Shown here: piece by piece, positions 1-12,939 of the stretch | Layout of the letters: every line of letters starts with the position of its first letter | Numbering within the stretch: position 1 is the stretch's first letter | Source of the DNA: Vicugna vicugna | Lineage: Eukaryota | Length of the DNA stretch: 64,000 nucleotides | Reading direction: 5' to 3' | Assembly (NCBI GenBank): GCA_013265495.1 | Contig: MU058337.1 | Coordinates: forward strand, 4,692,716 to 4,756,715 | Notes under the pieces: generated by a model | Seen by the model: only the letters and a program-made list of their open reading frames with translations | What the model was told of the DNA's origin: nothing | Database searches by the model: none | Translations under genes and position numbers: made by a program

Positions 1-689
1 TTCACCATTTTTTAAGTGGCATCCCTTGCCATGGTAATGAATCTTAATTTTGTAAGCTCTTATTGAACAAGTAGAAAATACATTTGTGTTGGGAAAGAGG
101 TAAAACTGTCCAGCATTCTTGAGGATAAATATTGCAGGAGAAAGGTAACGTCATTCATTTTTGATGAAAACAAATCTTTGACCTAGGAAAGCCTGCCATG
201 AGGAAGCCACAAAAATGTCTGTGTCCATTTTGTCATTTTACGGTTAGTAAACATGAATGAGAATGTTGATCAGCATAAAGTCTCAGTCAGGAAGGTTGGC
301 TGTTACTCAGTCAGCAATGGAGGGTGTCATATGTGCAGCTTCCCTTTGTGAGCGTATTTCAAATAAAGAAATCTGGAAATGTCTGTGAGTCAAAGATGTG
401 GTGCATGCAATATATGATGTAAAACAAAGGCGGGTGGTTTACGTAGCTCAGCAGACAAGACACCAGATGGTGTGTGTGCTTGATTGAATGGCACCCAAGA
501 CAAGACAGCACCCACCTGTTACTCTGAGAACACAATGGGAAGAATCCTGGATCTTCACAACCTTTTCATTGATGTAATACTTTTTTTTCTTTAATACTTA
601 ATATCTCTCTGTAACTTGTATCTATTATTCTAGGTTGTAGTAAGTCCTTTTGGGAAGGCAGAGTATAAACAATATAATTTTATAAATAG

Positions 690-740
690 ACAAGGATTAC
701 TAAAACATTGGAGTCAGAAGCAGATCTATGACCGTATCAG
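690..740 (+). other. SGMS1: Candidate non-coding 5'UTR exon A (SGMS1 exon 4-like, tentative)
   Basis: Strong donor CAG|GTAGGT at 740/741. AT-rich acceptor ...ataaatag| at 689, with alternative AGs at 694 and 633. Unique sequence. Gene name inferred from recalled exon spacing and sequence, not from a search. Confidence 0.45.
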
Positions 741-769
741 GTAGGTTTGTGTGATGTAGACCAGTATTC

Positions 770-1750
770 ATGGTGGCATTGATTTATGACTGTGTTTGTT
801 AGACACGGTGACAAATACTGGGATGGGGGACAGAGGAGACAAAAATGTATAGCATATTACTTCTGCACTCAATGAGATTGCAAGGTAGTATAGGGAGACA
901 GTGTAAGAAATGGCAAACACCCAGTATCTGTGTGATTAATTTTGTCTGGATGAGAGGTTACTGAAAACTAGACATCTGAGCAGTGCATTGAGGAGTGAAT
1001 GGGTAGCTCTGCCCTTGCAGATAGATAGAGCAGGGCATGCCAAGCTGAGAACAAGGAAAATTCCATGAGGCAAGAGGGTGTATGACACCCCTGGAGGAGC
1101 AGCCTGGAGGGACCCTAATGTGGGCTTCCTGGTGGACGGAATGGGAGATAGAACAAGATAGTGGCAGACCTTGAATGGTATTCTAATAATGTAGACTTTA
1201 TATTGAGAAAAATGGGGAGCTGTTGAATGTTATTAAACTGGGTGGAGAGGGGTAGAAAATAACCAGAGCTGAACTTTTGGGAGACACGGGCTGTCGGGCT
1301 GGGAAAGATGCCCCGGAATGTGAAATGGTAGGACACAGGAATGTCAGGGAATTGGCTCCTACATGTGTATTGGGAGAGCAAACGTGAGTGACAGGATGGC
1401 GTTAAATAGGACTCTGGATTGGGTATCAAGGATGAAAGTGCCATTAACCAAGATTGGGTTGCAGAAAATGGGGAGAGGTTTGAAAAGGGAGTGGAGGAAT
1501 GAGGGTAAGATGTGTGGTCAAAATTATAAATTTAATTCTGTGGCTATTTGTGAGAAAAATGTTCTCAAAATGTTAGAAATGAAGATTAGGTTTAAGTGGG
1601 CTGGCAAACAGAGATTTGAGAATTATCTGAACTGCAGCAGTAATTGTACGCCTGAGAGTGGATGATTTTGTCTAAGAAGATCAGGTACAATGAGAAGAAA
1701 AAGGTCAAGAACAAAACCTTAGGGAGTAAGTGGGTTTCAGGGATGAGGAT
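770..1750 (-). mobile_element. L2 LINE relic (degenerate)
   Basis: Purine-rich degenerate sequence with typical antisense L2 motifs (ggcagaccttgaatgg...gactttatattgag...atggggagctgttgaatg). Boundaries approximate. Confidence 0.65.
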
Positions 1751-1989
1751 AGAACTTATAAAAGGGGGAAAACCAGAAGGAAGTATTATGACTGAAGTAT
1801 TGAAGCTGAAATGTTGAAGAACATTTCAAAAACATCACACTCCAAAAGATTACATATTGTAGAAAAATCAAATAGGATAAGAAATTAGGAAATATTGGAA
1901 TGGATATTATACAGACAATAGGAAGAGTAGTTTCAGCAGATAAACAGGATAATAAATTGAAAATGAGCATAAATACTTACTATTCTTTG

Positions 1990-2192
1990 AGCCCTTTCTT
2001 GAGGCCTAGTGTATTAAATCCAATCCTAATAACAGCTCAGTGAGATAGGATTCATTAATAGCCCATTTTTCAGATGAGGAAACTGAGGCATGGAAAATTA
2101 AACCACCTTGTCAAGTCATATACCTAATAGAGGACCAAGTTATGATTAAAACCCAGGCCACTTGGCTGCAGAGCTCAACTGTCTCACCACTA
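1990..2192 (-). mobile_element. MIR SINE
   Basis: MIR core cccatttttcagatgaggaaactgaggc followed by cttgtcaagtcata...acccagg. Confidence 0.9.
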
Positions 2193-5100
2193 ATTGTAGT
2201 GACGTAGGATGAGAGGTTGGATGCAGTGTGTGCCAGTGTGCTGCGTGGGGTGGGTCAGCCAGGTGGCTTCCTGATGTACCATTACTTTGAGGAGATTAAA
2301 GCATACATGAGATTTTGCATGATTGACTCAGTATCAATTAGACAGACTCTGTAAAAGTGTACAGGGACTAAAAGTCGATAAATAAAAACAGTCTACCAAG
2401 GCTGCTAGCACAGGATGAAAGATGTGAATATGTGACTACAGCCCAACTCATGGATTGTCTCAGTGACATTTGCCTCAAGTTGCTGGTCACAATTTGTAAA
2501 TTCTATAACTAGACAAATGCATTGTGTTTGGTTACAGAATGTTATTTCCAAGGAAACCATGATTTACTTTATTACCTAAATGTTCGTTTCCTTAATATGC
2601 CTCCAAGAAGTAATGTGGTTTGTACAACAGCAAGAGACACCCCAAAGGAAGACATATTTTACTGACCTTAAAGTAAAAAAAAAAAAAATTATAAGCTTCT
2701 TTGATTCAATTTTCTAGTCTGTAATTTACTCCCATCCTTAGTGTGTACTCAGAGAGACTAATATCATCTATTAGAGGTGATTGAAAAAGTGCCAAAGGAA
2801 GGCAATTCTAAATTGGTTAACAATAGCATAGGTTTAGTGCATGAAATAAATTTCTTATTTTGAGCTGACAGACAGGCACGCAGTTTGCATTAATAGAAAA
2901 CTGTCTCCTCTGGAGATCATAAAGGGCTTGAAATTATTAGCTGGCCCAGGGTGCCCACACATCTGGTCCAGCACTGGATGACGCATAGTTAAAAATGGAA
3001 GTGATAGTTAACTGAGCTTAGAAATGTAACACTGACGGGATGTATCTGCTGGGGACTTCGGGGGAAGGCAGGGTTGCAGGAAGATTCTTGGGGGTTGAAG
3101 GCTCACCCGTGGGCTGGGGTGGGCTTTCTGAGTCGAGAGGAAAGGCAGGTTGAGACAGTGGTAAGTGTGCTACTGCAGAGGGAGACAGAAGGGCTTCTCT
3201 CTCCACATGGAGGTAAGAGTCAGCTTTTCTGCTGGGAGTTGGGGGCTGAATTTGGACTTGGAAGCGGAAAGAGATTTGGACCATTTCTGTGAGGAAAGGG
3301 AATCAATTATAGTAAAACATTCGTTGCCCAGCATGAAGGAGCAAGTTGCAAGTCTAAAGTACCAATTTCGATGAGAATGTGTTAAAAAGACTTTTACTTT
3401 TCTTATGGATACTGGGAGAGTGGGAAACAATGGAAGTAACTGTAAGTGATCAGTTACTAGTCACTGAAGACGTAGAACAGCATAAAAACTGGTCACTAGG
3501 AGATGGAGAACAAGCCAAAATTGAGCTAAAACATTTCCTCTTCAAGGCATCTTTTGAGCTAGCCATAATCATTGATTTTCAAGGTACTTACTCAAAGGGA
3601 GAAAACTATAACTAGTGTTTGACTAGTTGAATCATGTCTTTTATTTAATAGATACATTGCATAGTACAGTTTGGTTAGATGTGGAGGTGTGAGGGCACCT
3701 GAAGCGGCTTACCTAATGGTTTACAGTCTACCCGGCGTACAGAGCACAGGCTGCCATCTAGAAATACTGCCTCCAGCAGTTCTTGGTGCTTTAAAAAATT
3801 ATTTTTGTCTCAGTTTCAGTTGGGAAGGACCCTAATTCTTGCCTTCTGTTTGTCCTAGGAAATGGTAAATGGAATCCCTTAATTCACCAAAGCAAACGAT
3901 CAAGTATCATTCAATGATGCACGAAAGAGCTAATGCCCCGATAACCCTAAACACAGAATAATTCAGATAATTTCTTATTTAGAAAAAGAGCTTTCCTATA
4001 GAGATATCACCATAGAGGTGTATCTTCAATAATATTTCTATAATACTAAAAGTCTCTAATCGGGAGTTTCCTTGCACGCTCTCTAGATCCTGTCAGTATG
4101 ATGCGGGAGAGAGTGTCTTTTGATCCAAGGACTATCTGAATGCACACTAATGAATGTGAACAATTTAGAGAGATATTTTCTAACTTCTAGAATTTTTTTT
4201 AATCTGTTAATAATGGCAGGCGAAAGTAATTTTGATAACATTTTGCAACCAAATATTTTTAGTAGTTTCAATACATTTTATGAGTTTCAGTGCATTTATA
4301 TATGAAAAGAGAAAAGCCAGATGGGGAAATCGAGGTGCCCTTGCGGAGGCTGTGGGATCTCCCGTGTCCTGACAGCTGCAGCTCCGTGCACATTCTCATT
4401 ACCACTATGTTATCCTAACATTTACAACAGAATGAAAAACAAAAAAAGTTAATATAATATATCCCAAAGTAGAACATTTTATACATTATGCTGGTGAACT
4501 GTAGAAGCAAAATGTAGGCTAGATGTTGATGGACATTGAAAGAGGATACACGTGGCTTATGACAGTAGATTAAAAAGACATAGCAAGACACTGATGATTT
4601 AAAAACGTTTAAAAATTAGGTTAAAATTCCTTTGAAAGTTATGAGCCACAATAGATGACTGTCATTGTTGCAGAGGTAAAAACAGAGAAAAGTTATCACA
4701 TCAAAGATATAAAAACTATGAATAATTCTGGTCCCTTTCCAGCTCTCCGGTAGTTATGACAATTGTCACTCTCACATCTACAAGCTCCTATCTCTATGCG
4801 TTGCCCTCTGCCCCCAGCCAACTCCTTGTCTCTGCATCTACTCACTGATGCTGGTTGCACTGTTGCCAACCACGTCTTCTAGCAAAGGGTCTGGTATACA
4901 TCCTTATTCCTGCTCATGCCAAATTTCGGTAAACGTGTGAATATGAAATGGTTTTACCATTTTTCTAGGGTGGTTTTTCTCTAGATAATTTGAAACCTAT
5001 ATTTGGAACTGTAGGAAATGAGGTTTTAAACAGTGAAAACTAGCAGTTTCTAGGATGATTTAATTGACCCAGATAGCATCCCAATAGATGATGAAAGAAG

Positions 5101-5239
5101 TCTAATGAAAGCTGGGTTCTAAATAGCCCCCTCAAATATGGTTTAAATCTCTTTCCTCCATTTTCTCATATGTAAGGTCTTGGGCAGCCTTTGTGGAGAA
5201 ATTGTGCCTGGATTTTAGTATGTAATCAGTACCCTAAAG

Positions 5240-5640
5240 AGAACTGTGTTGCTTTCCGGTGCTGTATTTCAAGAAGGGCAGAGGTTGAAGGAGTATTTGG
5301 AGAGCACAACTAGGATGGTCATTGATGCAGAAACCACATACTTCAAGGACTGCTCAAGGGAAACGGGACGCTGACCCTGAGGAAGAAATGTCCTGCATGA
5401 GACAAGATTGCTGACCTATATTTCAAAAGAACATCCTGTAGACATAGTGGAACAAACTATTCAGCCTTTCTCTTAATAAAGGGTTAGAACCAGTAGGCAG
5501 GAGGCACAAGGAGACTGATTTTAGCTTGGAAGAGAATTCTCTAACAGGAAGGCACCTCCCTCTGTAACAACCGGGGCTGTCTTGGGAGGTGGTGACTGCT
5601 GGATGTACTCGAGCTGGGGCGGGCCAACCACTGGTTAGAA
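5240..5640 (+). mobile_element. CR1/L3 LINE relic
   Basis: Degenerate match to the remembered L3 3' ORF2 region (gtatttcaagaagggca...actaggatggt...ctgattttagcttggaagagaattctctaac...ttgggaggtggtga). Confidence 0.6.
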
Positions 5641-5678
5641 TTTCTTGGCTGGGTACATGGAGGCAAAGCATGTCTTTT

Positions 5679-5860
5679 CTTTCCTTTTCTTTTCTTTTTT
5701 AGTTGTTATATATTTATATTTTGATTTAAAATTTTATTATTTTGGGGGGAGGTAATTAGATTTTTCTTTTTCTGATGGAGGTACTAAGGATTGAACCCAG
5801 GACCAGGACCTTGCGCATTATAAGCGTGCACTCTGCCTCTCAGCTATACCCTCTCCCCTA
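5679..5860 (-). mobile_element. tRNA-derived SINE (camelid Vic-1-like) with 14-bp TSD
   Basis: Minus strand reads GGGTATAGCTGAGAGGCAGAG (A box) and GGTTCAATCC (B box) with an A-rich tail. TSD AAAGCATGTCTTTT at 5665-5678 and 5861-5874. Confidence 0.9.
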
Positions 5861-5909
5861 AAAGCATGTCTTTTAAAAAAAGGTTTCCACTTTCAAAACT
5901 GTATGCTCT

Positions 5910-6150
5910 GCTGAACAAGTATTTGTGGACCACGTGTGTGCTCCACCCTGTCCCGGTGCTGGGAAATGCAGGGCTGACTACAGCACGGAGCCTGCCAAGA
6001 CGTCTCGCAGTCTAATCAGAGGAAATGACCCGTGTAAGACTAAGTATAATATGGTATGAATGGCGTAATGACAGAGTAAACAAAGTCCTAGGGGGGCCCA
6101 GGGAATAGCAGTTAATGAAGTCAACAAATATTTATTATCCGCCTGCTACA
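5910..6150 (-). mobile_element. L2 3' end fragments
   Basis: aacaagtatttgtggaccac...ggtgctgggaaatgcag and tcaacaaatatttatt resemble the antisense L2 tail. Confidence 0.6.
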
Positions 6151-6583
6151 TCGGTGACCCCTGTTTTACTGTGTTCCGCGCTCGGAGTGTAAGTCTGAGA
6201 CCTGCTGTAACTCTGAAGACTGTTGCTGTGGGCTAAGGAGGCTTTGGAAATCTGCAGTAAACTCTACAATTGTACCACTTGTTGAGTACAAAAAGGTGGA
6301 TTGCTAAAGATAAAGAAAAACCATTTCTGGCTCCTAATCACCTCTGAATCAGTGGTGAAACTTCCTACTGCCCACACAGTTACGTGATTGGGATAGACAA
6401 TCAACCAACAGTTACTAGATGCCAAATATCTTCCAGTTAGTAGTGACGGGTATGAAAACAAAGGGTAAACATTCTCCCTTCAAGAAATGTGTCGTCTAGT
6501 TGGGAAAATCAACAATGGTATGAGATAAGTAATAATTTTAAAATTTAACAATTCTTTGTTACTTCATAATTCTATCTTCGCAG

Positions 6584-6744
6584 TTGAAGTTCAGCCACGA
6601 CTTTCATCCCACCTCTTTGGAAATTATCTGTTAATTTAAAGAATGTGAGGTCACATTTTCATTTTAATCCATTTTCTCTGTGAGATATCGTCATCATCAA
6701 CCCAGGACTCAAGTATATATTCTAAAAGGCTGAAATGGTCCTGC
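6584..6744 (+). other. SGMS1: Candidate non-coding 5'UTR exon B (SGMS1 exon 5-like, tentative)
   Basis: Acceptor tctatcttcgcag| ending at 6583 and donor TGC|GTGAGT at 6744/6745. Stops in all three frames. Lies about 6 kb from exon A. Gene identity from memory. Confidence 0.5.
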
Positions 6745-9649
6745 GTGAGTTTCTGTGATGTACAGTCTTCTTTTGGTTCATTGACTGGATTCTGTGCCCG
6801 CCCGTTCAGATTCTCAGCTCCTTGAGCACAGGGTTCGAGTGTTTTTCTCTGGGATCCCTTCAGTGCTCAGAGCAGTGACAGGCAATAGGTTTAGAGTTAG
6901 CATCTTAAGCTTGTTCTTCTACTTAGTAATCTTGAAAGAACTACATTTTTATGGGTTTAACATTCTTTCTTTGTTATTGGTGGGTTTGGGTTCGTTAAGT
7001 GATTGGGAGTTCTAGTTTATTTCATAAAATTTCCACCTGAAAAGAATAATTTTATCTCCAAATCTAGTTCTCTTCTGAGAGTAATTGCCTCGGTAATATA
7101 GTTTGATTAAAAATCACATGGATGTGTTTGTAAAAATTCTGTCCTTTAATTTTTTGCACTGCTGGGCTATCTAGAGTTCATTGGACATTGAAGACTAGAG
7201 ACTCAAAAGAAAAATTCTTTCACAGATTCCACTGAATATTTGCTCTCCTACTCTCCTGGCGTGATGAATGTTGATACTATCGTAAGCCACTGATAGAGTG
7301 AACTGTCTTCACCTTTACAGCTGTGCTCCCAACACCCATGTGCAGTGCATTTCCTTATTTTACAGAAGGGAGAATAAGAGATTTGTTTGAGATTAAGAGC
7401 TTAAAGGAGGGCTGAGCTGAGACCAGCATGCAAGTTTCAGCTCTGGCCTCTCTCTTACTCCATGCATAAATCATGATGTTAGCACGTGTATTCTTATGGT
7501 CTGGAGTGTCCGCATGCCGCGAGTCCAGTAGGGAGACGCACATTAGTAAATGGCAGCTGTGAACATGGTGTGAAGTGCCTGTTAGTGCCATGTTACAGCA
7601 ACCTACAAAATGTGCTTTTGAAAAATGTATATACTAGCTTGAGAAATTCTGCTGCTTTAGAACAAAAACATGATCAAATGTTTTACTCCTGTGTGCCAGG
7701 CAGGAAAGGCTAAACGGAGGTGTACAGCAATGTATTAACCATCTCTAGTGACCTCATTTGTATTTTCCAAATACCATAAGTAAAAAAGTATTTAACATCT
7801 TGAAACTTTTAAATATTTAGCTCTCTCCCTTAAATTTCTGCATCTGTTTTTAGTAATGACTACATAAAATGTCAAAATTTGAACTTTATGTGTAGATCTA
7901 CAATTTTTCCTGCTAATGACTGAAGGTAACATATATTTAAAAATTTCCTTTCTTTCAGAATCAATCTGGATTCTGAATTGTTTGTATATGACTTTTATTT
8001 ACTTTCTAAAAATGACAAATGTAGCCACATATTTTTGTTAGGAGAATTACTAAAATTGCTCCCCAGGTAAAAACATCTTTCTCTATGCAGTGCAGGGTCA
8101 TACAGTCTTAGGAGTTTAGAATTCAAAAAGACCAAATAGGAAGAAAATTTAGAAATCTGATTCATTACAATTGAAAATAAAAAGCCAGAAATATAAGATC
8201 ACTTGCCATTTATAGTTTTCATATGATTATTTATATTAATAATGTTGTTAACAAGATAAAATTAAGCTATATCAAAGCTATAAAGTTCAAGTAATGTCCC
8301 AGGGCTAGGTTTGGTGAATAAATATTTCTTGAGAGGCTCAGTACGTGGCTCAAGTTTAACTAAAAGGAAGTGGTTTGCTTTTTAATTGCTGAATTGACTC
8401 TACTGTGATCATTGTATTGGAGATACTTTATAGAGTCCAGAACTGTGAGTTGTGACTTGGGGTTTGAGATATATAAATTGAGGGTATTTTAATACGAATT
8501 TCAGCAGCTGAACCCCACCCCCCAAAATGGTAACCCAGCCTTCCAGTTCCAGGAGGAAGTTAAAGAGTGACCATTATAGCTGCTTACCTGAAGCATATTG
8601 CTTTTTCTTTCATGACTGAGAACATAGTGCATCCAAGTTCTAAACCAATCTTTACAACAAGTTCAGAAGGTTCAACTCTACAATCAGTTTTAATAAGATT
8701 TGAAATGGAACAGCCTCGCTTGACGGTAGAAACTCCGGAGAGTGTGACTGGCATCAGGTCCTAAGTTCAGACTTCCTCCTTCTGTCTCTGGGGTTCCCAT
8801 TGCATGGAGGGAGCGGCCCTGTGCAGTTACTGTGAGGGATATGCCTCCGTGTGGGTAAGCGACGGGAATATTCTGGAGGTGCTGGGAACGGTCAGTCTGG
8901 AAAACAAGCACAGTAGAGAAAACTGGTCTTTATCCAGTATGGCTCCTTTGAAGCAGGGGAGAATTTGAACGAGAAGAGCAACGGGAATATTGTGCAGGCA
9001 TGAAACATAATGAGTCAACCGCGAATTTGCTCTTAATTGAAAATATCAGTTTATAATCTCTGGAGAAAAGGCAGTTTACATGTTTGTATTTCTACATACT
9101 GATGTACACACTCATATATGCCGGCAGATTATCGTATAAGCAAGTATAAAGGTGTAAATGAAAACACATCAAGATAGTAATTCTCGATGGGAGGAGGGGG
9201 AGCAGAGGATGCCAAGGGTGCAGAGGAAAAGGAAAGATGAAAAGAGTGAGGGCCATTAGCACTCAAGTGTAACCTTATGCCTTTAACACAAAAGAAACCT
9301 AAGCTCTGAATGGTTTGATTTTTCCCTTAATATATAATATTTCCTTCCCTTTACGTTTCTTTGCAATTCCAAGAAGATTCTGAGCTCTTGAAAATTCAGC
9401 TGGGGTTTTTACATATTCCAGTTACAATTTCCAAACCAAAAATTCCACTCTCATCTCTACTCCCAATTTCACACGCCCAGATGTTCTCTACCAGGCATCA
9501 CAGGTCAGGGGCGGGCCTGCTGGCCCTCTTGTAACCTTAGTCAAGGGCCATCCTGATGTGGCCAGAGCTCTAGCTCTCAGTCAGATTTGCTGGACAAATC
9601 AGATGGAAAGAAATCCTTGCTTTGTGGGCTATGTTTTTTATTCGTGCAG

Positions 9650-9860
9650 AGTTCCGGCATTGAGGAGAAAAATGGGGATTTGATGAAAGATCTTACTTCA
9701 GCTGGGATTGATTTCCTCCAGGAATCGATACTGCATTTGCAGAGTCGGGCAACGCTGCGGCCGATGAGGGTCCAAAAGCAGATTGTGCTACTGAAAAATG
9801 GGACACATGAATGTTAGAGAGGGCTCTGTCTTGAAACAGGATCAGAATTTTGCTTTTGAG
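9650..9860 (+). other. Candidate alternative/cryptic exon
   Basis: Acceptor tgttttttattcgtgcag| ending at 9649 and perfect donor GAG|GTGAGT at 9860/9861. Unique sequence. Confidence 0.3.
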
Positions 9861-10799
9861 GTGAGTTTTCCTAACCATTTTAAATGCTAATTTTTAAACA
9901 TTAATTTTTTACTCTGCAATATTGACTTGTGCTCTGTAATTGTGATTGGATTGAGCTGGCCCTGAACCCTGTCTTCAGTCCTTCTGGACTCAGAGCTTCC
10001 TCTAATGAGTGTGGCTTTCCATCCTCACCAACCACAGGCCCCTAATTGCATCCTTTATCTGAGGCCATCGCGACTTGCAAGGCTCTGCTGGTAGGACCCT
10101 GAACTTGCTGGCGCTGGTTGTATGTAGCTTTCTCTGTGTAAGAGAAGGGGGTGACATTTGACTTATTTATGAATTACCTTTATTTTTCTGAGTTGATATT
10201 TTCTTTCCCTGAGTTTCATGTTTGCCACTATTCGGAGAACTTAAAATTCTAATTTCAACATACAGAGTAGGCTTTTATTTGATACCCATTGATAGAATGA
10301 AATGTTATTTCATGAGTATTGAAATGAATTTTCTACTTATCTCATTCTTAGCTAATAATTTATTAAGACATTCAAATGATTTTTTGGCTAGTAAAAAATT
10401 GAGGACTTCTCTGCACGATGGATGTAACACTGAGGTTGGGCCTGGAAATTTCTGTAAAGGACTCCTGTTTCCTTTACAACAGAAATGTCCTGCTATACAG
10501 GTTTTAAGAACACCTTGTTTTTCTCCTCTGGAAGGAAACAGCAGGAAAACATTTTTTAGTTGTTTTTTTTTTTCCCCGGTTATGTGTGTAATTTCAGTGC
10601 TTTTAAGTCTTCTAGGAGAACGAGAAGTTTTCTCCTCTGGGAATTAGTGGTTATCCCAGGAAGCTTTAGGTTGCCAGTGGCTTAAGGATGTTCATAATCC
10701 AGTTTTGCTTTGGCCATTACTGATTTGGCTTGTCTCCAGTACTTGGAGTGCTGTGTGATGTGGCGATAAAGCACGCCACGTAACATTTGCTGCTGCTCC

Positions 10800-10930
10800 C
10801 AATTCGTTACACGTCATCTCAACTCTGTTATGTAATCATGATTGTCCCCATTTTAAAGATGAGAAAATGGGGTTTTGGGAAATGTAAGTGACTTGTTTGA
10901 GGTCATCCGACTAGCAGGTGGTGCAGTCAC
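10800..10930 (-). mobile_element. MIR SINE
   Basis: ccccattttaaagatgagaaaatggg...taagtgacttgtttgaggtca core. Confidence 0.8.
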
Positions 10931-11429
10931 TGAAGTCTGTTCTGTCTGGTTCAGTGGCTATTGTTTTCCTCAGCTCCACCCTGCTTTCCCCCCGAGCTAC
11001 ACTGAAAGCCCTCAAATGAGGGCTCCATACTGAGAAGGTGACCCTGGCACCTGAGACTACCACGCGTCTCCAAGCCACGCGAGTTCTCCTTTCTCTCCTG
11101 CCACACTTGCATAGGTCTTATGGTTTCTCTTCTTCTTGCCACTTATCTTATGCTCTGTTTGGTCTCTTGGCTCCTTTCTGTAAATACTCTTCTGCTCAGC
11201 GCATCTTCTCTGGTGCCTTCAGTTCATATGTCTGGGTCTATCTAGAACCCAGACCTCCAGCTCTGACTCTTCCTTTTCTCTTTCTGACTGCTCTCAGCAC
11301 TTGAATGTTACAATATCAACTCACAGATTCAATCATGAATAAGAACAGTGCTTTAAGAAGAGGAGGCATATGGCTAAAATAATGTACAGAGCATCTCTAT
11401 TCCCTTTCCACTCAGAAATAAAAATGATC

Positions 11430-11690
11430 AACTAACATGTGTTGAGTATTGTATATATAACCCTGTGCTTGAAAAAGCAGTTTGAGATGATTCAGAAACT
11501 CACAGTTTTCTTTTGAGAAGCTCATCCTCTCGAGAAGGATACAGAATGTTCTAATCAGAATTATATAAATAACCTAAACATACACACACATACACAAATG
11601 GTAGGATGGATGATAAATATGCTGCTGGCCATGGGAAAGGGACTCAGGACAAAGATGAGCGTGTGGGTTACTAATAAAAGGCCTGGGGAC
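11430..11690 (-). mobile_element. L2 3' fragment
   Basis: tcaactaacatgtgttgagtatt...ccctgtgct resembles the antisense L2 tail. Degenerate. Confidence 0.45.
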
Positions 11691-12332
11691 CGGGGTTGAT
11701 TCTTCCTTGCGAGCACTGGCTGCCTCGGAGAGTTCTTTTTACCTTTTGGGAGTTCTGAGCCAATTTGCCTGAAACATATGTTACATTTATATTTTATTTT
11801 TAAGGAGTACAAGGGAAAAAATAAAGGAGTAAAAGCAGTGCCAACTTCTTCTTAAAAGACTATCTTAAAAAGCTGGAATCAAATCAGCGAATGTTAAGTA
11901 CATCTTATATGATCAGTCACTGTAACTCAACACTCAGGGGGTGCTGAGGCACCCAGGCTCACGGCAGAGCGGGCTGTCCCTCTCTGACGCCCCTGTCCTG
12001 CTCTGTGATCCCTCAGCACCAGTTCTGTGCAGCTGGACCAGAGGAGTGGGGGCAATTAACCTGTCAGTGTCTCCCATTTTTAGTGCATTATAATTTGCAT
12101 GTGAACCAAAAAGAAGTAAATTGTGAAAATTTCAACTTACTTTTCCTCGAAGAGTGAATAGTGATATGCCTCCCCTTCACAGAACGTGGGTGGTGATGTT
12201 CACTTCCCACCGAAAGAGTGTATCTGTTCCCCACTCCTTTATTTATAGGTGACTCAGTCTTTCAGGATTTATGGGAGCTCTTCAGGCTGATGAGTACAGT
12301 AGTCTTTCCACACCAAATATGAACAAGGCAGG

Positions 12333-12551
12333 CAAGGGGTTTTCAGCCTTGACGGTATTGACGTTTGGGGCTGGATAATTCTTTGTTTGGGGCTGTCACG
12401 TGCATTGTAAGATTTTGAGCAGCATCACTGGCCTCTACCCTCTAGATGACAGTAGCAATCTCCAAGTTGTGACAATCAAGAGTGTCCTTAGCAATAGCCA
12501 GATATTGCCTGGGGAGAAGGGGGCGAAAACACTCCCAGTTGAGAACCCCTG
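12333..12551 (-). mobile_element. MER20 (hAT-Charlie) DNA transposon
   Basis: Near full-length reverse complement of the MER20 consensus: ggataattctttgtttggggctgtc...agcagcatcactggcctctaccctctagatg...gttgagaacccctg. Confidence 0.9.
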
Positions 12552-12939
12552 ATCTAGAAATACATGTTATAAATAATAAGCTTAGTAACGGCTTAGTGGG
12601 AGGAGACCACTCCCGATGTTCACCTGACTTCCATGGGGAGTGCTGTGGACCTGAACTAGATGACATTAGAGAGTGTGAAGGATGAACTTAGCATAATGGA
12701 TGTTTTTGTCACATCTATGTGATGACCAGTTTGCGCCCATAATTTCACAGAAGATTGTGGACCTGACTTGGGGCTACCCAATGACTTACCCCTAGGGAAG
12801 AAAACCTACCATTTTTTTTTTAAAGCTTATGCATCTAAAAATTTTGTTAATTGAATGAAAGATTCTTCAAATTCTATAGTGCTTTACAGTTTTCAAAAGT
12901 TTCACATACATGATTTCATAAAATCCCATAATAACCCTG

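Noticed and set aside
114..144. Micro-exon cag|...AAAG|gtaacg
   Set aside because: The donor is plausible but the acceptor has no polypyrimidine tract, so support is too weak.
5770..5858. tRNA gene (also 53745-53812)
   Set aside because: A and B boxes are present, but the A-rich tails, TSDs and degenerate stems show these are SINE heads.
6584..6712. Shorter exon B ending at CAA|gtatat
   Set aside because: This donor is much weaker than TGC|GTGAGT at 6744.
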